DNA of 34,484 nt from Methanoregula sp. (GCA_028705545.1 JAQWDG010000002.1:4208-38691); one strand, 5' to 3'. Positions 17,738 through 26,741 are shown, counted from the first letter of the stretch. The notes: generated by a model from the sequence alone, not told the origin. Translations and numbers: made by a program.

Positions 17738-18319
17738 TTAGCAGATCCGGCTCAGGACCCCGGTACCGAGATCGTAATAAAGCCCGTGAACCCCGATCTT
17801 CCCCTCCGCCACGGCATTTTTTAAGAGCGGGTAGGTGTGCAGGTGCTCGATCTGGAGCCGAACGTTCTCCTGCTCGATAAGCCGGTAGCGTTCTTCCTGT
17901 TCCTGCACGGTAGTTGGGGGAGAGATATTCTTGTCCACCCGGGTCTTTGCATCGCGGGCATTGTTGAGCCAGAGCGGAATATAAGCGTCTGTACTCTCGT
18001 GATCCAGCGCCCGGATCGCCCCGCAGTTCGAATGTCCGCAGATCACCACGTCGCTCACGTGGAGATGGGAGACCGCATATTCGAGCACCGTTGCAAAGTT
18101 CCAGTCATGGATTGGCACAATGTTCCCGATATTGCGCTGGATAAAAAGTTCCCCGGCTTTTGCCTGGGTAATATGACCGGTCTGTAACCGCGAATCCGAA
18201 CACCCGATCCAGAGCACGGTCGGGTGCTGCGCGTTTACCAGTTCGCGGTAGTGGTCGATATTCGGCGTAAAATCGGATTCGCGGAACTTGTAGTTTCCCA
18301 AAAGAAGGTTGTCGATCAT
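17738..18319 (-). CDS. can: Beta-class carbonic anhydrase
   Basis: Zn ligands in WIGCSDSR and CGHSNCGAI, GELFIQRNIGN, VLEYAV..L, HGLYYDL.TG; ATG 18319. Confidence 0.93.
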   Translation of the reverse strand: MIDNLLLGNYKFRESDFTPNIDHYRELVNAQHPTVLWIGCSDSRLQTGHITQAKAGELFIQRNIGNIVPIHDWNFATVLEYAVSHLHVSDVVICGHSNCGAIRALDHESTDAYIPLWLNNARDAKTRVDKNISPPTTVQEQEERYRLIEQENVRLQIEHLHTYPLLKNAVAEGKIGVHGLYYDLGTGVLSRIC

Positions 18320-18650
18320 CAGCAATACCTCATGCACACACAATGAAAAGCGGCAGTCCTCACCCCACCGCCTGTATGGAGACTCCATTCCGGGCTATCA
18401 TAAATATTGCTATTTATCCGGATAGGAAATACAGGGAAAATCCGGGACTGTTTTGACCGGTACAGCCCGTATTGCCGGTAAAAAGCCGGGCGGGCTGACC
18501 GCACACGGGGGTATGGCCGCCGTAATCCCTGGTCCCCCAGATATCGTACCAACCCGGCGTTGCATTGTTGGGTACTACCCATTAAAAACAAAAATCAGGG
18601 CCCGCCCAGCCGGAAATCACCTCAACCTATAAGCTGGATCAGGAAAAATA

Positions 18651-19380
18651 ATGGAGGACTCATAAAATCCGCCCGGGCCAGGATGCCCCCGGCCGGACCG
18701 GGCAAGGTTTCATCATCTACCAGCAGGAGCAGTATAGTACGCCAGCAACGACCTGTGAACACTATTCGTCCGTACCGGGTGAAGACACCACCCTTCTTAC
18801 CCTTTATGCCCTGGCCGGGGAAGAGAGCGGGGGCTTTGTCACCTTCCGGCCCCGTCTCTTCTCGAAGATCCAGCGGCATTTCTTTACGCCGGTCCGCGCC
18901 GCTGCACTTCCCGTTGCCGGCCCGGTTACGGTACGGGAACTCTCGTCGCACGAGCTTGTCCGTGCCGAGGACGAGCTCTGGATCCACTACCACCAGCAGA
19001 AGGCCGATGCCGCAACCGACCGGCTCTTTGCCGCCTTTGCCGGGACACAACTTGTAGGTGTAGCCCGCTGCTCGCGCCACCCGGACGGCCTTGAGGTGGA
19101 CGGGGTGTACGTGCTCGACGAGTACCGTCTCAAGGGTTTTGCCCGCTCGATCATGAAGCAGCTGATCGAAGAGTGCGGCAGGAACGAGACGTTGTACATG
19201 CATTCAAAGGTCGAGCTGCAGGAGTTCTACGGGAGTATGGGATTTTATGCAATCCCGGAACCCGCACTGCCAAAGACCATCCGGGACCGGTTCGGGTTTG
19301 TTATGGGGAACCTCCAGGGAATCGATGTCTGCCCGATGAAACGCGACCCGTCCGCGGCGGATGCGGAAAAGAACAACTGA
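18651..19380 (+). pseudogene. GNAT-family N-acetyltransferase with disrupted start (one extra base shortly after ATG 18651), or assembly indel
   Basis: Frame 18652-19380 is open and reads ...RLFAAFAGTQLVGVARCSRHPDGLEVDGVYVLDEYRLKGFARSIMKQLIE...FYGSMGF (GNAT motifs), but has no ATG/GTG/TTG before 19096. ATG 18651 is out of frame and stops after 4 codons. Confidence 0.65.
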
Positions 19381-19501
19381 CGTATGGCAGGAGCATGTAT
19401 GATGGATTTGGGATGCAGATCCGGGATAATCGCCAGTGCCGGGCAGTTCACGGATATTCCGTACCGGGCAATGCCGGACGCCGGCAGGGTGTGATGCGGC
19501 A

Positions 19502-21451
19502 ATGATCGAACTGCTCTTTTTCCTCATCCTCGCGTTATTCACCCTCGGGACGGTAGTCCCCCTTGCCGGGGCCAAAGGTGACCGCCGCAGCATCCGGGTC
19601 TTCTCCCTTGCCTGTACCGGGGCAGCATCCGCGCTCCTTGCCGCCTTTGCCCTCCTTGTCATTATCCCGGGAACAACGTTTGCCCTTCCGCTCTGGCAGC
19701 CGTTCCCCGGCATCTCCCTTGATCTCTATGTGGACCGGCTGGGGGCCTTCTTCCTCCTCCTGATAGGCACGGTCGCCGCATGCACGGCGGTCTATTCATC
19801 AGGATACACCGAACACATGGAGGGCGGGAACCGGAGGAACATCCTCTGCGGAGGCACGGCCCTCTTCGTGCTGGCCATGACCCTTGTGGTCGCCTCCCAC
19901 AACACGTTCTCGTTCCTGTTCTTCTGGGAGCTGATGGCCGCGGTCTCCTTTATCCTTGTGATGTACGAGTACAGGGACCCCGGAACCACAAAAGCCGGGA
20001 TCTACTATTTCGTGATGACCCAGCTCTCGACCCTCTTTGTAATGCTCGGGGTAATCGCGCTCTTCGTGCTCACGGGGTCGTTTGCCATGGCCCCTCTTGC
20101 CATCACCCCCGCCTCTGCACCGCTTGCAACGGCCGCATTTTTGGCCCTCTTTTTTGGCTTTGCCATCAAGGCCGGGATCATCCCCTTCCACAAGTGGCTC
20201 TTCTTTGCCCACCCGGCAAGCCCGTCGCCGGTCTCTGCGCTCATGTCCGGGGTCATGCTCAAGGTTGCGGTGTACGGGCTCCTCCGGTTCATCCTCGATG
20301 TATTCTCTCCCGATCTCTGGTGGGGCGTGCTCATCCTCGTCTTTGGGATCGCCTCCGCGGTTCTGGGCGTGATCTATGCCTTCAAAGACCACGACATCAA
20401 GGGGCTCCTTGCCTATTCGAGCATCGAGAATGTGGGGATCATCTTTACCGGCATCGGCCTCTTTGTGATCTTCTCCTGCGAAGGGCTTACTCTCCTTGCC
20501 ACCATCAGCCTGCTTGCCGCGCTCTTCCATTCCCTCAACCACGCGCTCTTCAAGAGCCTGCTCTTTCTTACGGCAGGTTCCGTGGTGCACGCAACCGGCA
20601 CCCGGGACATCGAGAAGATGGGCGGCCTTGCAAAGAACATGCCGTATACCTCGGTGCTCTTCTTTACCGGGGCCATCGCCATTGCCGCCCTCCCTCCGTT
20701 GAACGGGTTTGCAAGCGAACTGCTGCTCTATATCGCGTTCTTCCATTCGGTCACGGTCGTCGACCCGCTCTTAAAAGTGCTCCTCTTCATCTGCCTTGCC
20801 CTCTTTGCCCTGACAAGCGCCCTCTCGGCGGCCTGCTTTGTCAAGGCGTTCTCATCGGTCTTTCTCGCCCAGCCGCGCTCGGATGCGGCAACGGGCGCAC
20901 ACGAGGTATCCCGATCCATGCTTGCCGGCCCGGCAGTCCTTGCCGCTGCCTGCGTTCTCCTCGGGGTCTTTGCCTGCCAGATCTTTATCGCTGCCGGTTA
21001 TGTCATCCCCTTCCCGGACCTGCTCCTCGTGAGCATCCTGCTCCTGTTCATGGCAGGGCTCACGTACCTTGTCCTGTATTTCACCGCATCACGTGAAGCG
21101 AGAATAAGCGAGACCTGGGGCTGCGGGACGAAATCGCAGTCGGCGATCACGGAATATACCGGCCACGGCTTCTCCGAGCCGATTGTCACCATCTTTGCCT
21201 CGGTGTACCGCACGAAAAAGTCCAGTACAAAGACGTACTCCGACAAGTACAACTGCCTCTTTGGCGGCGGAACGGCGGAGATACGGCTCGTGGCGTTCTT
21301 CGAGGAATATATCTACCGCCCCATAGGTACGGCGGCAATGAAAGGTGCCACCATTGTCGCACGGATGCAGAACGGCTGCCTTGACACCTACCTGCTCTAT
21401 GTCTTTATCGCGGTAATCGGGGTCATCGTCTTTTTGGGGGTAATGGCATGA
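19502..21451 (+). CDS. hyfB: Hyf/Ehr complex antiporter-like membrane subunit (HyfB/EhrA; NuoL/MrpA-D family)
   Basis: Multi-TM; FWELM, KAGIIPFHKWL..AHP, MLKVAVYG, LAYSSIEN, NHALFKSLLF, PPLNGFASE, WGCG; ATG 19502. Confidence 0.9.
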   Translation: MIELLFFLILALFTLGTVVPLAGAKGDRRSIRVFSLACTGAASALLAAFALLVIIPGTTFALPLWQPFPGISLDLYVDRLGAFFLLLIGTVAACTAVYSSGYTEHMEGGNRRNILCGGTALFVLAMTLVVASHNTFSFLFFWELMAAVSFILVMYEYRDPGTTKAGIYYFVMTQLSTLFVMLGVIALFVLTGSFAMAPLAITPASAPLATAAFLALFFGFAIKAGIIPFHKWLFFAHPASPSPVSALMSGVMLKVAVYGLLRFILDVFSPDLWWGVLILVFGIASAVLGVIYAFKDHDIKGLLAYSSIENVGIIFTGIGLFVIFSCEGLTLLATISLLAALFHSLNHALFKSLLFLTAGSVVHATGTRDIEKMGGLAKNMPYTSVLFFTGAIAIAALPPLNGFASELLLYIAFFHSVTVVDPLLKVLLFICLALFALTSALSAACFVKAFSSVFLAQPRSDAATGAHEVSRSMLAGPAVLAAACVLLGVFACQIFIAAGYVIPFPDLLLVSILLLFMAGLTYLVLYFTASREARISETWGCGTKSQSAITEYTGHGFSEPIVTIFASVYRTKKSSTKTYSDKYNCLFGGGTAEIRLVAFFEEYIYRPIGTAAMKGATIVARMQNGCLDTYLLYVFIAVIGVIVFLGVMA

Positions 21452-22389
21452 GCGCCGACTTTGTCCTCTACTGCATCCTCAACACGGCGGTCGTCGTCCT
21501 CATCTCCCCGCTCTTTGTGAGCCTCGTAAAGAAAGTCAAGGCGTGGACGCAGGGGCGGCAGGGCCCGTCGGTCTTCCAGACGTATTACACGCTCGCAAAG
21601 CTCCTCAGAAAAGAGACGATCTATTCGCCCCATGCCTCGTGGGTCTCCCGGGTCGCACCGGTTGCCTGTATGGCGGCGATCCTTACCGCCTCCCTCTTTG
21701 TCCCGCTTGTCTGGGTCACGGAACCGTACGGCGGGATAGGAAACATCATCCTGTTCCTGTACCTGCTCGTGGTGGCCCGGTTCTTCATGGCGCTCCTCGG
21801 CCTCGATGCAGGGAGCGCATTTGGGGGTATGGGCAGTTCCCGGGAGATGAGCGTATCGGCGGTTATCGAGCCCACTACCATCGTGGTCTTTGCCGCGCTC
21901 GCCTTTGTTTTTAAGACCCTCAACATCTTCGACATGATGGCAGCCGCGGTCTCTGCAGGGACTCTCAAGACCCCGATCCTGATCCTCCTTGCCATTTCGC
22001 TTTTCATTATCCTGATCGTCGAGACTTCAAGGATCCCGGTCGACAACCCGGAGACCCATCTCGAACTGACCATGATCCACGAGGGCATGATCCTCGAACA
22101 GTCCGGGAAGAATCTCGCCCTCATGGAGCTCTCTGCGGCCATAAAACAGACGCTCCTCATGGCGCTTCTCATCAACCTGATCGTGCCCTGGGGCATTGCA
22201 ACAACGCTCTCCGCTGCCGCCATCCTCGCGGCACTTGTCATCTTCCTTGTCAAAGGCTGCGTACTCTCCCTTGTCATCGGGACTTTCGAGTCTTCGATGG
22301 CAAAGATGCGGTTCTTCCGCCTCCCGGGTCTTTTCATGATGGCGTTCTTCTTCTCGACCTTAATTGTCATTATCGAGGTGTTCGCATGA
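21448..22389 (+). CDS. hyfC: Hyf/Ehr complex NuoH-like membrane subunit (HyfC/EhrB)
   Basis: KVKA..QGRQGP, GLDAGSAFGGMGSSRE, ETSRIPVDNPETHLELTMIHEGMILE.SG; ATGA overlap. Confidence 0.92.
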   Translation: MSADFVLYCILNTAVVVLISPLFVSLVKKVKAWTQGRQGPSVFQTYYTLAKLLRKETIYSPHASWVSRVAPVACMAAILTASLFVPLVWVTEPYGGIGNIILFLYLLVVARFFMALLGLDAGSAFGGMGSSREMSVSAVIEPTTIVVFAALAFVFKTLNIFDMMAAAVSAGTLKTPILILLAISLFIILIVETSRIPVDNPETHLELTMIHEGMILEQSGKNLALMELSAAIKQTLLMALLINLIVPWGIATTLSAAAILAALVIFLVKGCVLSLVIGTFESSMAKMRFFRLPGLFMMAFFFSTLIVIIEVFA

Positions 22390-23078
22390 CCGATCCCGCG
22401 TTCTTCGACGGTGTCATCAAGATCCTCTTTGTCTGCGTGCTCATCACGGCCGCGTACATCATCACGACAAAGAACCTCATCTCACTTGTACGGGTCTACT
22501 CGCTCCAGTCGCTGGTGCTCGTTGCTATCGCCACAGCCCTCTTCTGGCGCGAAGGCGCGGCAGTCCTTGCCGGGATTGCGGTTGTGACCCTGGTCACCAA
22601 GGTGATCGTTATCCCGTATTTCATCGCGGCAGTGCAGGAGAAGATCCGGATTAAGCGGGATATCGAGTTCCACTACCTGAGTCCGACCAGTTCGCTGTTC
22701 ATCTCAATCGCGCTCATGCTCGTCATCTACATCGCGCTCTCGAACGTCCTTGCAGGCACGCCGGCGAAAGGCAGCCTCTTTTTCTTCGGCGCGGTGATCG
22801 GGCTCTCCCTTGTCCTCATGGGCATGATGGTCACCTTCTCCCGGAAAAAGGCCATCACAAAAGTGCTCGGTTACCTCTCGATGGAAAACGGGGTGCTCCT
22901 CTTTGGTCTCTTTGCAACCGAGCTGCCGTTCATCATAGAATTCCTGATCGTGATCGACCTGATCATCCTCGTGATCCTGACCACCATCCTCACGATTGGG
23001 ATCGACTCAACCCTTGAGGAATACCATAACCGGCTCCACCGGTTCTATCTCTGGGAAGAGCAGGAGGAGGCGCCATGA
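22386..23078 (+). CDS. hyfE: Hyf/Ehr complex membrane subunit (HyfE/EhrC)
   Basis: Y.LQS, TK...IP, GYLSMENG and E....D motifs; about 7 TM; ATGA overlap. Confidence 0.88.
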   Translation: MTDPAFFDGVIKILFVCVLITAAYIITTKNLISLVRVYSLQSLVLVAIATALFWREGAAVLAGIAVVTLVTKVIVIPYFIAAVQEKIRIKRDIEFHYLSPTSSLFISIALMLVIYIALSNVLAGTPAKGSLFFFGAVIGLSLVLMGMMVTFSRKKAITKVLGYLSMENGVLLFGLFATELPFIIEFLIVIDLIILVILTTILTIGIDSTLEEYHNRLHRFYLWEEQEEAP

Positions 23079-24559
23079 TCCTGCTCGCCTATGTGCTCTG
23101 CGCTGCCATTGTAATCGCCTGCATCGCCTTCTGCCACACCCACCGGCAGATGAATGCGGCAGCCCTCGGGTTTGGCGCTGCCTGCGCGGCGATTACGGGA
23201 TACATCCTCATCTTCGTACAGGTGCCGGTCGGGACCCTTATTGTCGGGAACGGCTACTTCTTTATCGACCACTTCGGCCTCTTCGAGGTCGCCGTGGCAA
23301 CGGCCATTTTCCTTCTCGCCGCCGTATATGCCCGGGGGTACGTGGAGAACCTGATCATAAGCCACGAACTGGAAACGGGAAGCCTCAAACTCTTCTACGG
23401 GGCCTGGTGCCTGCTCGAACTGGTTATCGTCCTTGCCTTCTATTCGGACAACCTTGCGCTCTTCTGGATCTTTGCCGAGATGACCACGATCATCTCCGCG
23501 ATGCTTGTCGCTATCCTCTCGGCAAAGGAGAACATCGATGCTGCGCTCAAGTACATCTTCGTTGCCTCGGTCTCGATGCTCATTGCCTTTGCCGGGCTCA
23601 TCTTCCTCTTCGAGATTGCACGCTCGACCACAGGTACGGGCTCCCTCAACTGGACGGTGCTGATCCAGCAGGCACCCGCGTTCCCGCCGGGCATGGCGAT
23701 CGCCGCATTTGCCCTGATCTTTGTCGGGTTTGCCGCAAAATCGGGTATCTTCCCGTTCCACACCTGGCTTCCCGAGGCCCATGCAAAAGCCCCGTCCGCG
23801 GTGAGCGCCGTCCTCTCCGGAGTCCTCCTGAATGTAGGTATCTACGGGATCATCCGGGTCTTTGCCATCGTCCACCGGACCACGGCTGTGGCAACTGCAT
23901 CCCTGCTCGTCCTCTTCTTTGGGGTCTGCACCATCGGGATCGCGGCGATCTCGATGCTCCCCGAGAAGAACCTCAAAAAAATGATCGCGTTCTCGAGCAT
24001 CGAGAATATGGGCATCTGCCTTGTCGGCCTTGCAGTCGCAACCCCGCTCGCACTTTTCTGGGTACTCTTCCACGTGATGGCCCACGCGTTCACGAAAGCC
24101 TCGCTCTTTTTCTCGGCCGGTATCCTGCACCGGCAGTACAGGAGCCACCTCTCGGCAGATGCACCCGACGAGATCCGGGACGTGTTCCGGTTCCAGCCGC
24201 TGGCTGCGTGGGGGATCATCATCGGGGGTCTTGCCATTATCGGCATGCCGCCGTTTGCGGTCTTCTTCTCAAAATTCTTTATCCTGCTCTCGCTCGGGTC
24301 GCTCTCCCTCTGGGTGCTCGTTCTTGTCCTTGCACTTCTCTTTGTAGCGGCCGCAGCTCTCGGGTACTTCGTGATCCGGTCGTTCTCCCGGGTTACTCCC
24401 GAAGGCGAGCCGCTGGACCTTGTGCCCTACCAGACGCCGCTCGCCATGAAAGCCCCGATCGTGATCCTGCTCGCGGCAGTCCTCCTGCTGGCATTCCTTT
24501 TCCCGATGGGAGGCACCGCCTACTTTGACCGGATCGTTGCGGAGCTGATGTTTATATGA
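23075..24559 (+). CDS. hyfF: Hyf/Ehr complex antiporter-like membrane subunit (HyfF/EhrD)
   Basis: WIFAEMTT, AALKY, KSGIFPFHTWLPEAHAKAP..VSAVLSG, FSSIENMG, HAFTKASLF, PPFAVFFSKF. Confidence 0.9.
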   Translation: MILLAYVLCAAIVIACIAFCHTHRQMNAAALGFGAACAAITGYILIFVQVPVGTLIVGNGYFFIDHFGLFEVAVATAIFLLAAVYARGYVENLIISHELETGSLKLFYGAWCLLELVIVLAFYSDNLALFWIFAEMTTIISAMLVAILSAKENIDAALKYIFVASVSMLIAFAGLIFLFEIARSTTGTGSLNWTVLIQQAPAFPPGMAIAAFALIFVGFAAKSGIFPFHTWLPEAHAKAPSAVSAVLSGVLLNVGIYGIIRVFAIVHRTTAVATASLLVLFFGVCTIGIAAISMLPEKNLKKMIAFSSIENMGICLVGLAVATPLALFWVLFHVMAHAFTKASLFFSAGILHRQYRSHLSADAPDEIRDVFRFQPLAAWGIIIGGLAIIGMPPFAVFFSKFFILLSLGSLSLWVLVLVLALLFVAAAALGYFVIRSFSRVTPEGEPLDLVPYQTPLAMKAPIVILLAAVLLLAFLFPMGGTAYFDRIVAELMFI

Positions 24560-26148
24560 CCGGAACTCTTCCCCACCGTGAAGATGCAGCGTCGAAGGCC
24601 ATCCGTGAAGTCCTTGGAGGGGATGCCCCTGCCCGGGCCACGCGGGGGCCCGGTGGCGAATGGTATGTACCGGTGGATAAAAGCAGCTTTGAACGGGCGA
24701 TCCCTGAGATTGCAGCGCGCAAGTTCGTCCTCATCAGTCTCTTCTGTGTTGAAGGGTTCTCACCGGAGAGCAGGCATTCCCTCCTGTACGTTCTCGAAAG
24801 GAAAGGAAGCATCCTTGTCCTTGTCCGGGCGGTTGCCGGCGGTCAGGCAACCTCGGTTGCCACAATTTTTCCTTCGGCTGCATGGCCGGAGCGCGAGTGC
24901 CGGGACGGTTTCGGGATCGGATTTACCGGCACATCCGATACCCGCAGGCTCCTCCTTCACGAGCCATACCCAAAGGATTTCCACCCGCTTGATAAGGCGT
25001 TCACAAACGCACCGATCGTGACCAATGACGATGTCCCTGCTGCGGACGAATACCCGTTTAAGGCAATGACCGGGGAGGGCGTGTACCAGGTCGCTGTAGG
25101 CCCGGTCCACGCCGGCATCATCGAGCCTGGGCACTTCCGGTTCAGCGTAATTGGTGAGACCGTCTTCAACCTCGAAATACGGATGTTCTACACCCATCGG
25201 GGGATCGAGAAACTCGCCGAGGGAAAGTCCACGGAGGACTGCGTGAAGGTTGCCGAAGCCGTGAGCGGCGACGAATCGGTGGCAAACGTAACCTCGTTCT
25301 GCATGGCTGTCGAGCGCCTCTCGGGGATTACCGTCCCGGACCGGGCCTGGTACCTCCGGACTATCCTCTGCGAGCTGGAACGATGCTGCTCGCACCTCGG
25401 CGACGAGGCAGGGATGCTCACCGATGTTGCCTTTGCCCTGGGTTCAAGCCAGTTCTCGGTGCTCCGCGAGGAAGTTTTCCGGAAGAACGCGGAACTGACC
25501 GGTTCCCGGTTCCTCCGGGGAATGACCTGTATCGGCGGCGTCTCCCGGGACATCCCGAGAGACCGGCTCGCAGACCTTGCAGAATTTGTCGGGCAACTCA
25601 GGAAACGATTCCGGGTTGGACTCTCGATCGTCCTGTCCACGCCATCGGTGATCGACCGGTTCTCGACCACCGGGGTAGTAAAGCGCGAACTCCTCCGGCC
25701 GCTCAACATCACCGGCCCGGTGGCCCGGGCATCGGGCGGCAGGGTCGATGTCCGGCTCGACCACCCGTACGGCGTGTACGACCGGTTCGTCCCGGTTCAT
25801 ACCCCCATTGCCGATGGAGACGTGCTCGCCCGGTTCACGGTAAAGGCACAGGAATTTCTCGACTCGCTTGACCTCATCGAACGGCTCATTGCTGCAATTC
25901 CGGAAGGGCCGGTACAAAGCAACGAGCCGGTCCGGGATGGGTATGCGCTTGCCCTTGTCGAATCGGCCCGGGGCCAGAACCTCTGCTGGGTCAGGGTCAA
26001 AGACGGAAGGATCGACCGATACAAGGTCCGAACCGCCTCGTACTGCAACTGGCTGGCCATCGAACATGCGGTACCGGGGAACATCGTCGCCGACTTCCCG
26101 GTGATCAACAAGAGCATGAACCTGTCCTATGCCGGGACGGATATGTGA
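24556..26148 (+). CDS. hyfG: Ehr large subunit (HyfG/HycE-like NuoC+NuoD fusion) lacking NiFe-binding CxxC motifs
   Basis: NuoC-like W.ERE..D.FGI.F; VGPVHAGIIEPGHFRF, Y.HRGIEKL, VES.RG. The L1 site reads VSGDES and the C-terminus reads DFPVINKSMNLSYAGTDM, which is Ehr-type. Confidence 0.9.
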   Translation: MTGTLPHREDAASKAIREVLGGDAPARATRGPGGEWYVPVDKSSFERAIPEIAARKFVLISLFCVEGFSPESRHSLLYVLERKGSILVLVRAVAGGQATSVATIFPSAAWPERECRDGFGIGFTGTSDTRRLLLHEPYPKDFHPLDKAFTNAPIVTNDDVPAADEYPFKAMTGEGVYQVAVGPVHAGIIEPGHFRFSVIGETVFNLEIRMFYTHRGIEKLAEGKSTEDCVKVAEAVSGDESVANVTSFCMAVERLSGITVPDRAWYLRTILCELERCCSHLGDEAGMLTDVAFALGSSQFSVLREEVFRKNAELTGSRFLRGMTCIGGVSRDIPRDRLADLAEFVGQLRKRFRVGLSIVLSTPSVIDRFSTTGVVKRELLRPLNITGPVARASGGRVDVRLDHPYGVYDRFVPVHTPIADGDVLARFTVKAQEFLDSLDLIERLIAAIPEGPVQSNEPVRDGYALALVESARGQNLCWVRVKDGRIDRYKVRTASYCNWLAIEHAVPGNIVADFPVINKSMNLSYAGTDM

Positions 26149-26157
26149 GGAAAGAGT

Positions 26158-26676
26158 ATGGTCAATGCATTTTCCTGTCTGGTAAAAAGGAAGGTGACCG
26201 ACGAGCACCCGGCAAAGAACGAAGAGATCGAGAAACTGGGTGCTGAGATCAAACGGGAGATCGATGCCCGGTTCGGCCGCAGCCTTGCGATCCGCGAACT
26301 CGATGCCGGCAGCGACAACGCGGCCGAGATCGAGATAAACAACCTCTCGAATGCTTACTACGATGTCGAACGCTTTGGCATTGCGTTCGTTGCGTCCCCC
26401 CGGCATGCGGATGTCCTGCTCGTGACCGGGGCAGTCACCCACAACATGGAAATTGCGGTGAAAAAAACCTACGATGCCATGCCCTTCCCGAAGTTTGTAG
26501 TGGCGGCGGGTGACGATGCCTGCGATGGCGGGATCTATAAAGGGACCTATGCAGTCCTCGGGGGCGTGGACAAGGTACTGCCGGTCGATCTGATAATCCC
26601 GGGCAATCCTCCCACACCGGCACAGATCCTTGCCGGTCTGCTTGCGCTCATGAAGAATGCGGGCAAAACCCGGTAA
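26158..26676 (+). CDS. hyfI: Ehr small subunit (HyfI/NuoB family) with all four canonical [4Fe-4S] Cys replaced
   Basis: GRSLAIRELDAGSDNAAEIE, YD.ERFG..FVASPRHADVLLVTG, VVAAGDDACDGG, VD..IPGNPPTP; the NuoB scaffold is otherwise intact. Confidence 0.9.
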   Translation: MVNAFSCLVKRKVTDEHPAKNEEIEKLGAEIKREIDARFGRSLAIRELDAGSDNAAEIEINNLSNAYYDVERFGIAFVASPRHADVLLVTGAVTHNMEIAVKKTYDAMPFPKFVVAAGDDACDGGIYKGTYAVLGGVDKVLPVDLIIPGNPPTPAQILAGLLALMKNAGKTR

Positions 26677-26741
26677 TTCCCGGTACCGACACATCCCCGC
26701 AGGGAATAATTTATACCGAGACACCGTAACCGGATACAACT

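Noticed and set aside
18340-18395. Fluoride (crcB) riboswitch-like GGAATGGAGTCTCC upstream of the carbonic anhydrase gene
   Set aside because: The P1 stem is incomplete and the downstream pseudoknot partner and UAAUGAC motif are missing; a DNA dyad explains it better.
19780-24528. Long same-strand alternative-frame ORFs 19780-21096 (438 aa) and 22996-24528 (510 aa)
   Set aside because: Arg/Pro/His-rich translations typical of off-frame reading of hydrophobic, GC3-rich membrane genes; no independent evidence for overprinting.
24556-26676. Functional group-4 [NiFe] hydrogenase / formate hydrogenlyase
   Set aside because: Neither RxCxxC nor DPCxxC nickel-binding motif is present, and there is no ferredoxin subunit.
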